Shown here: in pieces, positions 10,249 to 20,540 of the stretch
Layout of the letters: each line of letters begins with the position of its first letter
Position numbering within the stretch: position 1 is the stretch's first letter
Source: an uncultured bacterium
GTDB lineage: Bacteria; Cyanobacteriota; Vampirovibrionia; Gastranaerophilales; Gastranaerophilaceae
Length of the DNA: 64,000 bases
Assembly: GCA_902775025.1 (NCBI GenBank)
Contig: CACYKP010000002.1
Location: forward strand, 15,558 to 79,557
Reading direction: 5' to 3'
Made by a program: the position numbers and the translations under genes
The notes under the pieces: generated by a model
What the model was told of the DNA's origin: nothing
Database searches by the model: none
Seen by the model: only the letters and a program-made list of their open reading frames with translations

Positions 10249-12372
10249 ATGGAATTATCATTTGAAAATCCGACTCAGTTATTGGAATACTTAACTTCTG
10301 AAAATACAGATTATCAGGAGTTGACAAATAATGCTGTAAAACTTACCGAAAAAATTCCTGAACTTCATACTAATAAAGACGGAAGAAAGTTCCAAGCAAT
10401 AACACAAGGAATTTTAGAATGTTATAAAAGAATAAGAGGGTTTAATTCTACTAAATGGATATCCGAAAATAAACTGCAAAACGAACTTAAACCTAACGAA
10501 AAACCAATCATTTTTACAAGAATTAATGCAAAAGGCGAAGTTTGTGAATACAGAATTCTAAACTTTGATCAAATTGATTTTACAAAAGAACAAGAATATG
10601 CAGATGAGTTTGAAATAATTCATGAGGTTAAAAATAAAAATCTAACCCAAAATAAACTTGCCGCAGATTCTCACATAAAATCCGCCTCTAACCAAGATAG
10701 CGAAGAATACAAAAAAGTTCTTACATTATTAATGAACGGAGAAAACGTTTTCTTGACAGGGTACGCAGGAACAGGTAAAAGTTATATTCTTAATAAACTA
10801 AAAGAAAAATTAAAAAAGAAACTTACTATTACAAGCACCACAGGAATAGCAGCAGTTAATGTTAAAGGGCAAACTCTTCATTCTTGGGCAGGTGTAGGAT
10901 TATGTAAAAATCCTATCTATAAAACAGTTGAAAAAATAAGACAAAGGACCTCAACTTTAAAGCAGATATTAAATTGCAAAATATTGGCAATTGATGAAAT
11001 CTCAATGCTAAATATTGAAACTTTTGAATACGTTGACGAGGTTCTGAAGATTATAAGAGAATCCGTTGAACCCTTTGGAGGGATTCAAGTTTTGTTTATA
11101 GGTGATTTTTACCAATTACCACCCGTAGAAGGGGTAAATGAGGTTAATGGGGTAAATATAAGAAATAATCAAGAGTATTCTTTATTTGATGATGATACGT
11201 TCCCTGAACCTCAAAGACGATACTGTTTTGATTCTCATATTTGGGAGGATTTTAAACTTAAAAATGTTGTTCTTAAACAGAACTACAGACAAAGTGAAAC
11301 AAAGTTCATAAAAGCACTCTCAGATATGAGAACAAATTGCTTAGATGAAGATGATATAGAGCTTTTAAAAACTCGTGAAACAAATCTTGACACTTTTGAA
11401 ACAAATATGCTTCATATTTTTTCTACAAATTTTGAAGCTGACAGATATAATATGGCAAAGTTCAATATGATTGATGAACCTGTAAAAATTTTTGAAGCAG
11501 AAGATGGAGTTTATAGAGGAACAAAACCTGTATATAGCGGGTTTACGGAAAATGAAAACTACGTTCTTGATATATTTGGGAAAAATTGCAGAGCGGATAA
11601 ATCGCTTACCCTAAAACTCGGTGCAAAAGTGATGCTGCTCGTAAATATGGATTTTAATAGAGGACTTATTAACGGCTCCTGTGGTATGATACAGAGTTTT
11701 AACGGAAGTACTGTAACAATAAAATTTGATAACGGAGAAGTTGCAGATATTCCTAAACACAAGTTTGAGTATTATTATCACGATAAACTTTATGCTGAGC
11801 GAACCCAATTTCCGCTAAAACTTGCCTATGGTATAACAATCCATAAATCGCAAGGAATGACTTTGGATAAACTTGTTGTTGACTGTTCAAGAATATTTGA
11901 AAGAGGGCAGGCATATGTTGCAATGAGCCGTGTAAAAACACTTGAAGGATTATATCTTAGAAACTTCTCAAAAGATAAAGTTATGGTGGATAGCCGTGTT
12001 GCTGAATTTTATTCAAATTTGGAGGAAGTCGGAGAAGTTGAACCAATCGCTCAATTAGCATTCAATCTCGATGAAGAAGATGAAGAAAAACCAAAAATTA
12101 GTGATGAAGAAGCAAAAAAAATTATTGTTGATTGCGTAAGTGAATTTAGCGGAATGTACGGAAAAAGCGGGATAACAAAAATTCTTTTCGGAAGCAGAAC
12201 TATAGAAAATAATGATTTTCACTCAAACGCTGCAAACTCAAAATTCTTCGGCGCACTAAAAGGAAGACGTCAAAAAGCTATAAATGCACTTATTGATGAA
12301 CTCATAGAAAAAGGCAAATTCAAAATAAAACATGTAAGTTTTGGAAGACCTATATTGTGCATAAAAGATTAA
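10249..12372 (+). CDS. Pif1-family 5'-3' helicase with ArdC-N-like N-terminus and RQC-like C-terminus
   Basis: FLTGYAGTGKS, TSTTGIAA, IDEISM, GDFYQLPPV, LKLGAKVMLLVN..GLINGS, TIHKSQG and QAYVAMSR motifs. Confidence 0.9.
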   Translation: MELSFENPTQLLEYLTSENTDYQELTNNAVKLTEKIPELHTNKDGRKFQAITQGILECYKRIRGFNSTKWISENKLQNELKPNEKPIIFTRINAKGEVCEYRILNFDQIDFTKEQEYADEFEIIHEVKNKNLTQNKLAADSHIKSASNQDSEEYKKVLTLLMNGENVFLTGYAGTGKSYILNKLKEKLKKKLTITSTTGIAAVNVKGQTLHSWAGVGLCKNPIYKTVEKIRQRTSTLKQILNCKILAIDEISMLNIETFEYVDEVLKIIRESVEPFGGIQVLFIGDFYQLPPVEGVNEVNGVNIRNNQEYSLFDDDTFPEPQRRYCFDSHIWEDFKLKNVVLKQNYRQSETKFIKALSDMRTNCLDEDDIELLKTRETNLDTFETNMLHIFSTNFEADRYNMAKFNMIDEPVKIFEAEDGVYRGTKPVYSGFTENENYVLDIFGKNCRADKSLTLKLGAKVMLLVNMDFNRGLINGSCGMIQSFNGSTVTIKFDNGEVADIPKHKFEYYYHDKLYAERTQFPLKLAYGITIHKSQGMTLDKLVVDCSRIFERGQAYVAMSRVKTLEGLYLRNFSKDKVMVDSRVAEFYSNLEEVGEVEPIAQLAFNLDEEDEEKPKISDEEAKKIIVDCVSEFSGMYGKSGITKILFGSRTIENNDFHSNAANSKFFGALKGRRQKAINALIDELIEKGKFKIKHVSFGRPILCIKD

Positions 12373-12374
12373 AA

Positions 12375-12470
12375 GTTATTGTCAGGTGAAAACTGACATA
12401 CAGGGGCAAATATCTAATATTGAACATATTATAATTACTTAAAGTAAGTCAGGTTCCACCTGACTATAAC
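12375..12470. repeat. REPIN-like element (inverted pair of GTAG-type REP hairpins)
   Basis: GTTATTGTCAGGT...ACCTGACTATAAC inverted ends; closely related copy at 53297..53400. Confidence 0.8.
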
Positions 12471-12491
12471 TTTTTCTGTTATAATAAAATC

Positions 12492-14636
12492 ATGAAATAC
12501 GCAATCGTTCTTGTAAATATTAAGGGATTGGGAGTAAAGACTTTCAGTTATTCTATACCAGATGAGATGAAGGATATTATTCAGATTGGTCAGGCGGTTC
12601 TCGTTCCGTTTGGAAGGCAGGGGCTTATTAATGCTTTTATTGTAGGGTTCAGCGATTATATTTCGGGTGAATTTCGGGTTAAGAAGATAAATAGAATTTT
12701 AGATGAAACTCCGCTTTTTTCGCTTAAATATTTAAAGCTTTTAGAATGGGTTGCAAATTATTATTGCACGGATTTTGTAACTGTTCTTAATACAGCTTTA
12801 CCGATGAGGTTAATTGAAAAGAACGCTAAAATTGAACTTGCGGTTTCGTTTATCAAAGACGGTGAAGGATTAACCAAACGTCAGAAAGAGATTTTAGAGA
12901 TTTTAAAAGAACGTGGTAAATGCTCTCTTATAGAGTTTGAGGAAGTCGCAAAAACGACGAGAGCAACAATGAAGAAGCTTGCGGAGCAGGGGTTTGTTAA
13001 GATAGAAGAAGAATATATTTATAGAAATCCGCTTTCAATATTCAAGGATGTAGAAGTTGAGCCTTTGTTTGAACTTCAAGGTGAACAGATTGAAGCATAC
13101 GAGGGCATAAAAAACAAATTAAAATCTCCAAACCCGATATTGCTGCACGGGGTTACGGCTTCAGGTAAGACTGAGGTTTATTTTAAGCTTATAAAAGATG
13201 TTATTGATTCGGGTAAAAACGTTCTGTTTTTAGCTCCTGAGATTGCACTTGCTTCACAACTCACAAAGCGTCTGGCAAGAAAGTTTGGGATAAAAGATGT
13301 TGCAATTTGGCACAGTTCAATAGGTGAAGGTGAAAAATATGATGTTTGGCAAAGGCTTTATAAAAATGAGATTAGAATACTTGCAGGGGCAAGATCTGCA
13401 GTTTTTGCACCTTTGCAGAACATCGGTTTAATTATAATAGACGAAGAACACGAAGGAGCATATAAACAAACAAATCCCGCACCCAGATATGATGCAAGAG
13501 TAGTGGCAAGACGTTTGGCTCAATTCTATCAGGCACCGTTGATTTTAGGTTCTGCAACACCTGATGTTTCGACTTATTATTATGCAACAAATAACAACAA
13601 TTTGTTTGAAATGAAACACAGGTTTAACAATTCACCGCTTGCAAAACCTCAGGTTATAAATATGCAGGAATACGGAAAAGCTTCTGGTCAGCAGGTAATC
13701 TTACTTATGAACAGAAGGGGATATTCAACTTATACTCAGTGTAAAGCTTGCGGTACTGTTATTGAATGTCCTGATTGTTCTATACCAATGATTTGGCATA
13801 CGAGCATAAAACAGTTGAAGTGCCATTATTGTAATAAAGAGATGAGTTTTCCTGAATATTGTCCGACTTGCGGAAGTAATGCCCTCTCAACATCAGGTGT
13901 AGGAACGCAGAAAATAGAGCTTTTAATCAAAGAACTTTATCCAAACGCAAGAGTAGAAAGAATTGACAGCGATATCTTAACAAAGAAAAACGCTCACATT
14001 GAGTTGTTGGGTAAATTCCAACGTGGCGAGATTGATATTTTAGTCGGAACACAAATGATAGCAAAAGGATTGGATAATCCAAATGTTACGCTTGTTGGTG
14101 TTTTGAGCGCTGATTCAGGGTTCAATGTTCCTGATTACAGAGCCTCAGAAAGAGGATTTCAACTCCTTACACAGGTTGCAGGAAGAGCAGGAAGGGGTGA
14201 GTTTAAGGGGAAAGTTTTATTCCAAACATATAATCCTGAATACTATGCTTTTCAGACCGCTAAATCTCAAAATTACGAAAAATTTTTTGAAACAGAGATT
14301 AAATCAAGACAAGAATATGATTATCCGCCATTTAGCCAAATCGTGCGATTAATAATATCATCAGAAAACAATTTTCGTGCGGAAAAATCCTCAATGGAGA
14401 TTGCGATGAGGTTGAACACAATGACCGAGAAATTTGGATTTGGAGAATACGTTGAAGTTTTAGGGCCTACTCCTTGCGTAATAGAAAAAATCAACGGGTT
14501 TTATCGGTTCCAAATTCTTATAAAAAACAAACTTTCACAAAAAGGACACGATTTTATATCCAAGTTTTTACACGGAATAACAATGCCAAAAGACATCAGA
14601 TTAGCTATAGATGTTGATCCGCTGGATATTTTGTAG
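12492..14636 (+). CDS. priA: Primosomal protein N'
   Basis: LLHGVTASGKTE, DEEH, NRRGY, four CxxC pairs, GTQMIAKGLD and QVAGRAGR. Confidence 0.97.
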   Translation: MKYAIVLVNIKGLGVKTFSYSIPDEMKDIIQIGQAVLVPFGRQGLINAFIVGFSDYISGEFRVKKINRILDETPLFSLKYLKLLEWVANYYCTDFVTVLNTALPMRLIEKNAKIELAVSFIKDGEGLTKRQKEILEILKERGKCSLIEFEEVAKTTRATMKKLAEQGFVKIEEEYIYRNPLSIFKDVEVEPLFELQGEQIEAYEGIKNKLKSPNPILLHGVTASGKTEVYFKLIKDVIDSGKNVLFLAPEIALASQLTKRLARKFGIKDVAIWHSSIGEGEKYDVWQRLYKNEIRILAGARSAVFAPLQNIGLIIIDEEHEGAYKQTNPAPRYDARVVARRLAQFYQAPLILGSATPDVSTYYYATNNNNLFEMKHRFNNSPLAKPQVINMQEYGKASGQQVILLMNRRGYSTYTQCKACGTVIECPDCSIPMIWHTSIKQLKCHYCNKEMSFPEYCPTCGSNALSTSGVGTQKIELLIKELYPNARVERIDSDILTKKNAHIELLGKFQRGEIDILVGTQMIAKGLDNPNVTLVGVLSADSGFNVPDYRASERGFQLLTQVAGRAGRGEFKGKVLFQTYNPEYYAFQTAKSQNYEKFFETEIKSRQEYDYPPFSQIVRLIISSENNFRAEKSSMEIAMRLNTMTEKFGFGEYVEVLGPTPCVIEKINGFYRFQILIKNKLSQKGHDFISKFLHGITMPKDIRLAIDVDPLDIL

Positions 14637-14900
14637 ATAATTAGAGTTGATAAGTAAATAGTAAATATAATTTACACTAATAGCATAGGTGTACGTTGGT
14701 TCGTCATTCATGTATAAGTTGCATAATTCGATGACAAAAGTATAAAATTAAAGACTTGGTGTTGATACGTTAAATTGTCATACTGAGCAAATTGTCTTAT
14801 AGTTTTTAAGTCCGTTTGGACGAAGTGCGAAGTATCGCCATAATTGTTTCTTTGCAAAAAGTTATGGTGATTCATCGGGGCAAAACGGATATTTCCCCTC

Positions 14901-15008
14901 TGAATGACGGTTGGGCGTGCAAGTTTCATGATAATCGTGATTTATATTTACCCCTGAATGACGTTTGGGCGTGCTAATTTCACGATTATCGTAATTTATA
15001 TTTACCCC
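14901..15008. repeat. Two tandem 54-bp repeats, each with an internal palindrome
   Basis: TGAATGACG.TTGGGCGTGC...TTTATATTTACCCC begins at 14901 and 14955; internal consensus TCACGATWATCGTGA. Confidence 0.85.
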
Positions 15009-15014
15009 AGTTAT

Positions 15015-15041
15015 GTAGGTCAGGTTTTACCTGACAAAAAC
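15015..15041 (+). repeat. Single GTAG-type REP
   Basis: GTAG-GTCAGG-TTTTA-CCTGAC-AAAAAC; same family as 12375 and 53297. Confidence 0.75.
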
Positions 15042-15128
15042 TGCATGTTGCCATAAGTTGTAACATTTCTGTCTTGGTCAAATAGACATGCAAATTTTAT
15101 AATTAACGTATTTTATGTTTACCCCCCC

Positions 15129-16502
15129 CTATATTCTATCTATCATATCCGTTGTAACGACAAAGTTTTTTACTTCTGCCCAAAATGGCCGTTTTAATTC
15201 TTTATTTCCTGTGTTTAATTTAATATCCGTAGGAATAATAGAATAATTGTCGTACATAAATACTTTGCCGTCAGAGTTAATCATCTTTAGCATAGCTAAA
15301 TCCATAGAGGATAATTTTTCGGTATTAATCAATTTTCTGTAGTTATTTTCAGTTTTCTCTCTCGATTCGTCAATTTTATCTATTCCTTCCAAAGAACCTT
15401 GGTGCTTTGTTTTATAGAACTTTTCCATTCTGCCTGAGCTAAACAAAAAATCCGTATTTCTGTTAAACAGTTTTAAGTATCCGTTTATAGCTTTATCCAG
15501 CATCTTTTTATTCTTTATAATTTTTTGCTCGCCGGCTAAATCAAGCTGATACTCTAATTGAAGCTGCCCTAAAATATTACTCAAAGTTATTGAATAATCT
15601 TCCAAATAACAACCGTCCATATTTGTAATACTTTTATCTAACCCTCTTATTATTGTTCCCAACTTGCCTTCCAAAAGCAAAGGCGTAAAAGTAAATAAGG
15701 TATTTGCTTCATTCTTTATGTATTCTCGATAGTCATTTTCTGCTTTTTGAAGTTTAGCATCTTTAGTTACAATGTTTGGTTTATCTAACCTTACTTTTAT
15801 ATACGGTGAGTATTTTTCCGGTTTATATCCGTCTTTTAACGCTCTTACATATTTTGGATTAAACGGATTAAGAGAAATATTAATTTGATAAAAATGTTTT
15901 GAATTTTTATCATCAAGAAGTTTTTGCACATAATCTTCCGCTATTTGCTGCCGTTCTTTGTCATTTCTGTCCCAGCCGTTTGTGTCAAAAACAGCTTTCA
16001 TACCTGTTGATTCGTGGATTAATTTTCCGAGTTCAATGGCATCGTGTTTTTTACCGTCTTTATCAAATAAATGCATATCAATTCCGTCTGAGTCAAAATA
16101 ACAATCTACATACTTTTGCCCTCTGTGAGAAACGGGATTAATCCCGATTCTCTTTTTTAATGACAAAATATCATCCATTATCTGTTTAAAACTCTCAAAC
16201 GGCGCTCTCGATATAAACGGTTGTGCGTTTGCGTAGCAGTGCACACAATGATTTATACACCCTCTTATCATATTGATTGAATGTAAATCCGTTAAAGCAA
16301 ATGCTATTTGCTTCATTGACATTCCCTCAAAAGTCTTTAACCCCTCTTGTATCCCTTCAAGTTTATTAAGATTGCAATTGTATAAATGTTTGTTAATAAA
16401 TCTGTTATAAAACCTTGTGCAATTAGCATAAGTTTTAGCCTCTTTATACCCTAAGAAAGACAAATTATTGTATTTATAGCTATAGTCAGATGCAATCTTC
16501 AT
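15129..16502 (-). CDS. Lineage-specific radical-SAM-like protein
   Basis: RGCINHCVHC (CxxxCxxC) and FDTNG; N-terminal MKI...NNLSFLG leader. Confidence 0.7.
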   Translation of the reverse strand: MKIASDYSYKYNNLSFLGYKEAKTYANCTRFYNRFINKHLYNCNLNKLEGIQEGLKTFEGMSMKQIAFALTDLHSINMIRGCINHCVHCYANAQPFISRAPFESFKQIMDDILSLKKRIGINPVSHRGQKYVDCYFDSDGIDMHLFDKDGKKHDAIELGKLIHESTGMKAVFDTNGWDRNDKERQQIAEDYVQKLLDDKNSKHFYQINISLNPFNPKYVRALKDGYKPEKYSPYIKVRLDKPNIVTKDAKLQKAENDYREYIKNEANTLFTFTPLLLEGKLGTIIRGLDKSITNMDGCYLEDYSITLSNILGQLQLEYQLDLAGEQKIIKNKKMLDKAINGYLKLFNRNTDFLFSSGRMEKFYKTKHQGSLEGIDKIDESREKTENNYRKLINTEKLSSMDLAMLKMINSDGKVFMYDNYSIIPTDIKLNTGNKELKRPFWAEVKNFVVTTDMIDRI

Positions 16503-16635
16503 GTTTTTTTTAAAACCCGTAAAAAAAAATTTTGCTACCTAAAATAAAATATCCTACTTTTATATGAGGTGAGCCTTAAAAACATGATGTAAAGTAATAA
16601 AGGTACTATTAGTACTCTTGGATGAGGTAGGTAAA

Positions 16636-17079
16636 TTGAAAAAGTTTAGGTTCCGTATGCAAGTTGTGCTTGACATGCGTGAAAAAGAGCTTGAAGAAAG
16701 ACAAATGGAAATGGCTAAAATTCTTTCTGCATTAAATGCTCAAAAAGATAAACTTCAATCAATATTCCAAGCTCAAGAGGAAAATAAAGCCAGATTGGAG
16801 AGAATGAGTACTTCAGAAGAACTTGATATTGTTCAGGTTCAAATGCATCAAAATTATGCGGTTAGACTTACAACGGATGGCATTAATCAAGAAAGAATTA
16901 TTGCAAATACAGAAAATATTCTGAAAATGAAACAAAAAGAAGTGTTGGAAGCTCACCAAAAAGTAGAAGTTTTAAAAAAACTCAAAGAAAAGCAAGAGAA
17001 AGAGTATTACAAAGAATTTCTTCAAACAGAAGCAAAAGAAATAGATGATTTAACATCGGCAAGGTTTAGGTTTCAATGA
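16636..17079 (+). CDS. fliJ: Flagellar export chaperone FliJ
   Basis: KKFRFRMQVVLDMR start, EAKEIDD end, coiled coil, upstream of fliK-flgD-flgE; TTG start with GAGG SD. Confidence 0.85.
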   Translation: MKKFRFRMQVVLDMREKELEERQMEMAKILSALNAQKDKLQSIFQAQEENKARLERMSTSEELDIVQVQMHQNYAVRLTTDGINQERIIANTENILKMKQKEVLEAHQKVEVLKKLKEKQEKEYYKEFLQTEAKEIDDLTSARFRFQ

Positions 17080-18419
17080 CACAAGCACTATTAAACAAAC
17101 TTAATGTAACAATTGAAAAAACTGTTAATTTGGCAGAAAAAATGCCAAAAGCAGAAGGCTTTGACTTTGGTAAATTATTTGATTCAAAAACAAATAATTT
17201 GAATAAACAATTTAATAACAAGCAAAAAATGGAAGAACATTCTAACAAAGTTTCAAACATAACTGATAATAAAGATAAATTAAAAGAAAATTTAAAAGAT
17301 GCAACAAGTACATTAAATGATACAAATGATAAAAAACAAGTTAAACAGGATTTTAAAAAAGACAACAAATCAGAAGATGATTTAAATATAAAAAAAACAA
17401 CAGAAACAGAAGCTGATTTGAATGTAAATAATGACACAGTAAATGATACAGAAAATTCTACATCTGAGGAAGAAACAAGTATTACAGATGATGAAACAAC
17501 TATTACAGAAGAGGTCCCAACTATGTACAATGAGCTAAATACCCTGGAAGATCCGACTACAATTCTGCTTTTGCAGACACAAATTCAAAAAAACATTAAA
17601 AATTGCTTAGAAAATGAGCTGACGGAAGATTTTCAAGAAAACAATCTTCCTCTTAAAACAGAAGAAAATACGTTGACTAACAACGTAATATTTAAACAAT
17701 TTGATTCTGTTATTTCTAAAGATGCAGGTGTAAGTCAATTTGCACAAAATATTACACCAAAAGAAACTGCGCAGTCAAAAAGTACAAGTTCTAAATTGTC
17801 AGATGTAATAAATGAGAACATTTTAAAAGAATTAAATGTAGAGGTTGTAAGTTCTCAATCTGCAGAAGCAGAAACATCATTTGGTGATTTAATGCAAAAT
17901 CAATCTCCGCAAGAACAGGCAGCAAGGGTAATGATACAAGGTGATGTAAAGTATGATGCAGTTGCAAGCAAGACTTTAGAAAATATTCAAGTAAAACCTG
18001 CAGTAATTACACCAAGCAAGATTATTGAACAAATATCAAAACAACTTGATGGGATGGTAAATAATTCAAAATTAAATATGGTACTTAATCCTGAAAATTT
18101 AGGAAAAGTAAATGTTCAACTAATGAATACTAAAGAAGGATTATTGGCACAATTTACCGTAACAACTCAAGATGTCAGAGATATCCTGCTTAAAGGTTTG
18201 GACGGCTTAAAAGAAAGTCTTCTTGCACAAGGTATCAATGTTGATAATGTATCTGTAAAACTTGAAGAAACAGATAACGAATATAATACTGATTATACAG
18301 AACAAGAAGGCTCAAAAGGCGGCAACAAACAACAAGGTGCAAAACAGCAAAAGGAAAATGAAAAAACCTTTGAAGAATTGATTGGGGCAAATATAGAAGA
18401 AGAAACTAACGAAGTATAG
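17076..18419 (+). CDS. fliK: Flagellar hook-length control protein
   Basis: Low-complexity N-terminus; C-terminal LNPENLGKVNVQL...LKESLLAQGI domain. Confidence 0.9.
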   Translation: MTQALLNKLNVTIEKTVNLAEKMPKAEGFDFGKLFDSKTNNLNKQFNNKQKMEEHSNKVSNITDNKDKLKENLKDATSTLNDTNDKKQVKQDFKKDNKSEDDLNIKKTTETEADLNVNNDTVNDTENSTSEEETSITDDETTITEEVPTMYNELNTLEDPTTILLLQTQIQKNIKNCLENELTEDFQENNLPLKTEENTLTNNVIFKQFDSVISKDAGVSQFAQNITPKETAQSKSTSSKLSDVINENILKELNVEVVSSQSAEAETSFGDLMQNQSPQEQAARVMIQGDVKYDAVASKTLENIQVKPAVITPSKIIEQISKQLDGMVNNSKLNMVLNPENLGKVNVQLMNTKEGLLAQFTVTTQDVRDILLKGLDGLKESLLAQGINVDNVSVKLEETDNEYNTDYTEQEGSKGGNKQQGAKQQKENEKTFEELIGANIEEETNEV

Positions 18420-18451
18420 TTACGTTTTAAAAGAGGAATGGAGAAAAGGTA

Positions 18452-18928
18452 ATGTCAACAATATCAAGTCAAATAACAGCGATGAAAAACGAAACAGCGT
18501 ATGCTCAAAACCAGCAAGAACGCACTACGGGAATGAAAAATGACAGTAATGTATTCTTAACGCTTATGCTTAAACAACTTGAAAATCAAGATCCTACAGA
18601 GCCTATGGATAACACTCAATGGCTATCTCAACTTGCTCAATATTCTTCATTGGAACAAATGACTCAAATGAACAGCGGTCTTGAAAATTGTGCTAAATAC
18701 ATCAACGCAATGTATGACGATATGATGTTGAATTCAGAGATATCTCAAACACTATCAATGATAGGAAAAGATGTTACTATTCAAATTCCGAATGAAGCAG
18801 ATCCAAAGAATCCGACTGTAGTAACCGGAAACGTAACAGAAGCAAGTTTTGAAAGCGGAAGCGGACAAATTAAAGTAAACGGAAATTATTATTCAATAGA
18901 AAATGTAATATCAATTAGAGAGAAATAA
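18452..18928 (+). CDS. flgD: Flagellar hook capping protein
   Basis: FLTLMLKQLENQDPTEPMDNTQWLSQLAQYSSLEQ. Confidence 0.95.
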   Translation: MSTISSQITAMKNETAYAQNQQERTTGMKNDSNVFLTLMLKQLENQDPTEPMDNTQWLSQLAQYSSLEQMTQMNSGLENCAKYINAMYDDMMLNSEISQTLSMIGKDVTIQIPNEADPKNPTVVTGNVTEASFESGSGQIKVNGNYYSIENVISIREK

Positions 18929-18973
18929 AATAAATAAAAATATAAAACCCAGATTGAGAGAGGAATATAAAAG

Positions 18974-20302
18974 ATGTCACAAGCATTACACACATCAAGT
19001 ACCGGTATTAATGCCGGACAATCGCAAATTAACGTAATTGCACATAACGTAGCAAATATTAATACTGTTGCATACAAAAGTGCAAATATGACTTTTGAGA
19101 CACTGCATTCTCATAATTTATCCTATGGCAGTGCCGCAACAAAAGATGGCGGTGGTACAAATCCAAAGCAAATTGGTCTTGGTGTAAAAGTTGCAGGTAT
19201 TACAAGAAACTTTTCGCCCGGAACGTTTGTTTCTACGGGCCGAGATTTGGATACAATGATCTCAGGTACAGGATTTTATGTTGTTCAAGATGCAGCAAAG
19301 CATACATATTTCACTCGTGATGGGGTTTTTAATGTTGATTCTGCTGGCAACCTCGTAACACAGAACGGTATGAAAGTTATGGGTGCTAAGTCTATATACT
19401 CAAATGCAGGTTCAGACAAAACTGTAAAAATTCCTAAAAACTTGCGTGCAATTGTAAGTGGCGACCCAAATATATCTTCAAGAAAAATTCAGGATTTGAA
19501 TAATGCAAGTATTACAACGGGAAAGGTTTCAGTTGATTTAACTGATTCCAGCGGAAATACGACAAATGTTCTGGTTGATATTCCCGAAGGTACAAGTACT
19601 GTTGGTAATATTGTAAGTAATTTTAATTCGGCTTTGGGTTCTTATGGTATAAACTTCAGTGCATCAGATGGTAAAATATCTTATACGAACTCAGGAAGTT
19701 ACACTATGAAGTTTTCATCTGAAGGTACAACAAGTAACTTTTTGGGGGAAACCGGTTTAGCTAATAGTACAACTTCTAATATGCTTAGTGAAACTGTAAA
19801 GTTGCAAGATATGATTAATTATAACGATAAAAATGCAATATCGCTAAAAAGTGTTGCAATCGATGAAAACGGAATTTTAATCGGTACATACAATGACGGT
19901 TCTGTTTTAACTCAATATATTGATGATGCTGAAACTTTACAATGGAAATATACAACGCCTGAAGGTGTTACAATCCTCGGTGCTGATGTTGCTGCGGAGG
20001 GTTCTGCAATTGCGAATTCAAATTTTGCTCTTGAACTTGCAACAATGGTAAACGAAGAAGGTCTTGTTTCCTTGAATAACAATTTATGGGAATGGGGACC
20101 TGATGTTGGTGATATATATTATGGTGTAGCAGGCGAAATGGCATTTGGTTCCATTGAATCCGGAGGGTATGAAGAATCTAATGTTGATATCGCACATGAA
20201 CTTTCAAGTATGATATCTGCGCAACGAATGATACAGATGAATTCAAGAGTATTCAACACGGCAAGTGAAGTAATGCAAACGCTTTCATATCTTGGACAAT
20301 AA
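18974..20302 (+). CDS. flgE: Flagellar hook protein
   Basis: NVIAHNVANINT, FTRDGVF, ESNVDIAHELSSMISAQR; follows flgD. Confidence 0.9.
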   Translation: MSQALHTSSTGINAGQSQINVIAHNVANINTVAYKSANMTFETLHSHNLSYGSAATKDGGGTNPKQIGLGVKVAGITRNFSPGTFVSTGRDLDTMISGTGFYVVQDAAKHTYFTRDGVFNVDSAGNLVTQNGMKVMGAKSIYSNAGSDKTVKIPKNLRAIVSGDPNISSRKIQDLNNASITTGKVSVDLTDSSGNTTNVLVDIPEGTSTVGNIVSNFNSALGSYGINFSASDGKISYTNSGSYTMKFSSEGTTSNFLGETGLANSTTSNMLSETVKLQDMINYNDKNAISLKSVAIDENGILIGTYNDGSVLTQYIDDAETLQWKYTTPEGVTILGADVAAEGSAIANSNFALELATMVNEEGLVSLNNNLWEWGPDVGDIYYGVAGEMAFGSIESGGYEESNVDIAHELSSMISAQRMIQMNSRVFNTASEVMQTLSYLGQ

Positions 20303-20363
20303 ATTAGTAGTATAAGGGCATCCTAAAAATGGGATGCCCAAGGATGCCAAAATGACAATTTTT

Positions 20364-20409
20364 TTGTCAAATCCTTAACAAAAGTTGTCAAAGTTTACAA
20401 AACTTAACA
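20364..20409. promoter_or_regulatory. Phased array of TT(G/A/T)(T/A)CA hexamers (putative regulator site)
   Basis: Hexamers at 20364, 20375, 20385, 20394 and 20404; the first two also form a Rex-like TTGTCAA-N4-TTAACAA. Confidence 0.4.
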
Positions 20410-20540
20410 ATTGTATATAAGGCAAAATGCATGTAAATCATGGGTTTTAGCATGATTTGAGAAAAACAAAAAGTTGTTACAAACAAACATTTGTACAGCT
20501 CATGATATGTAGTATATAATTAGATTGAGGTTGAGGGGAA

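Noticed and set aside
14708-14929. ORF as a RAYT/IS200 transposase next to the REP
   Set aside because: Only 73 aa, no HUH or catalytic Tyr motif; overlaps hairpin repeats, so probably spurious.
14901-15008. CRISPR array
   Set aside because: Only two adjacent 54-bp units with no unique spacers and no cas genes.
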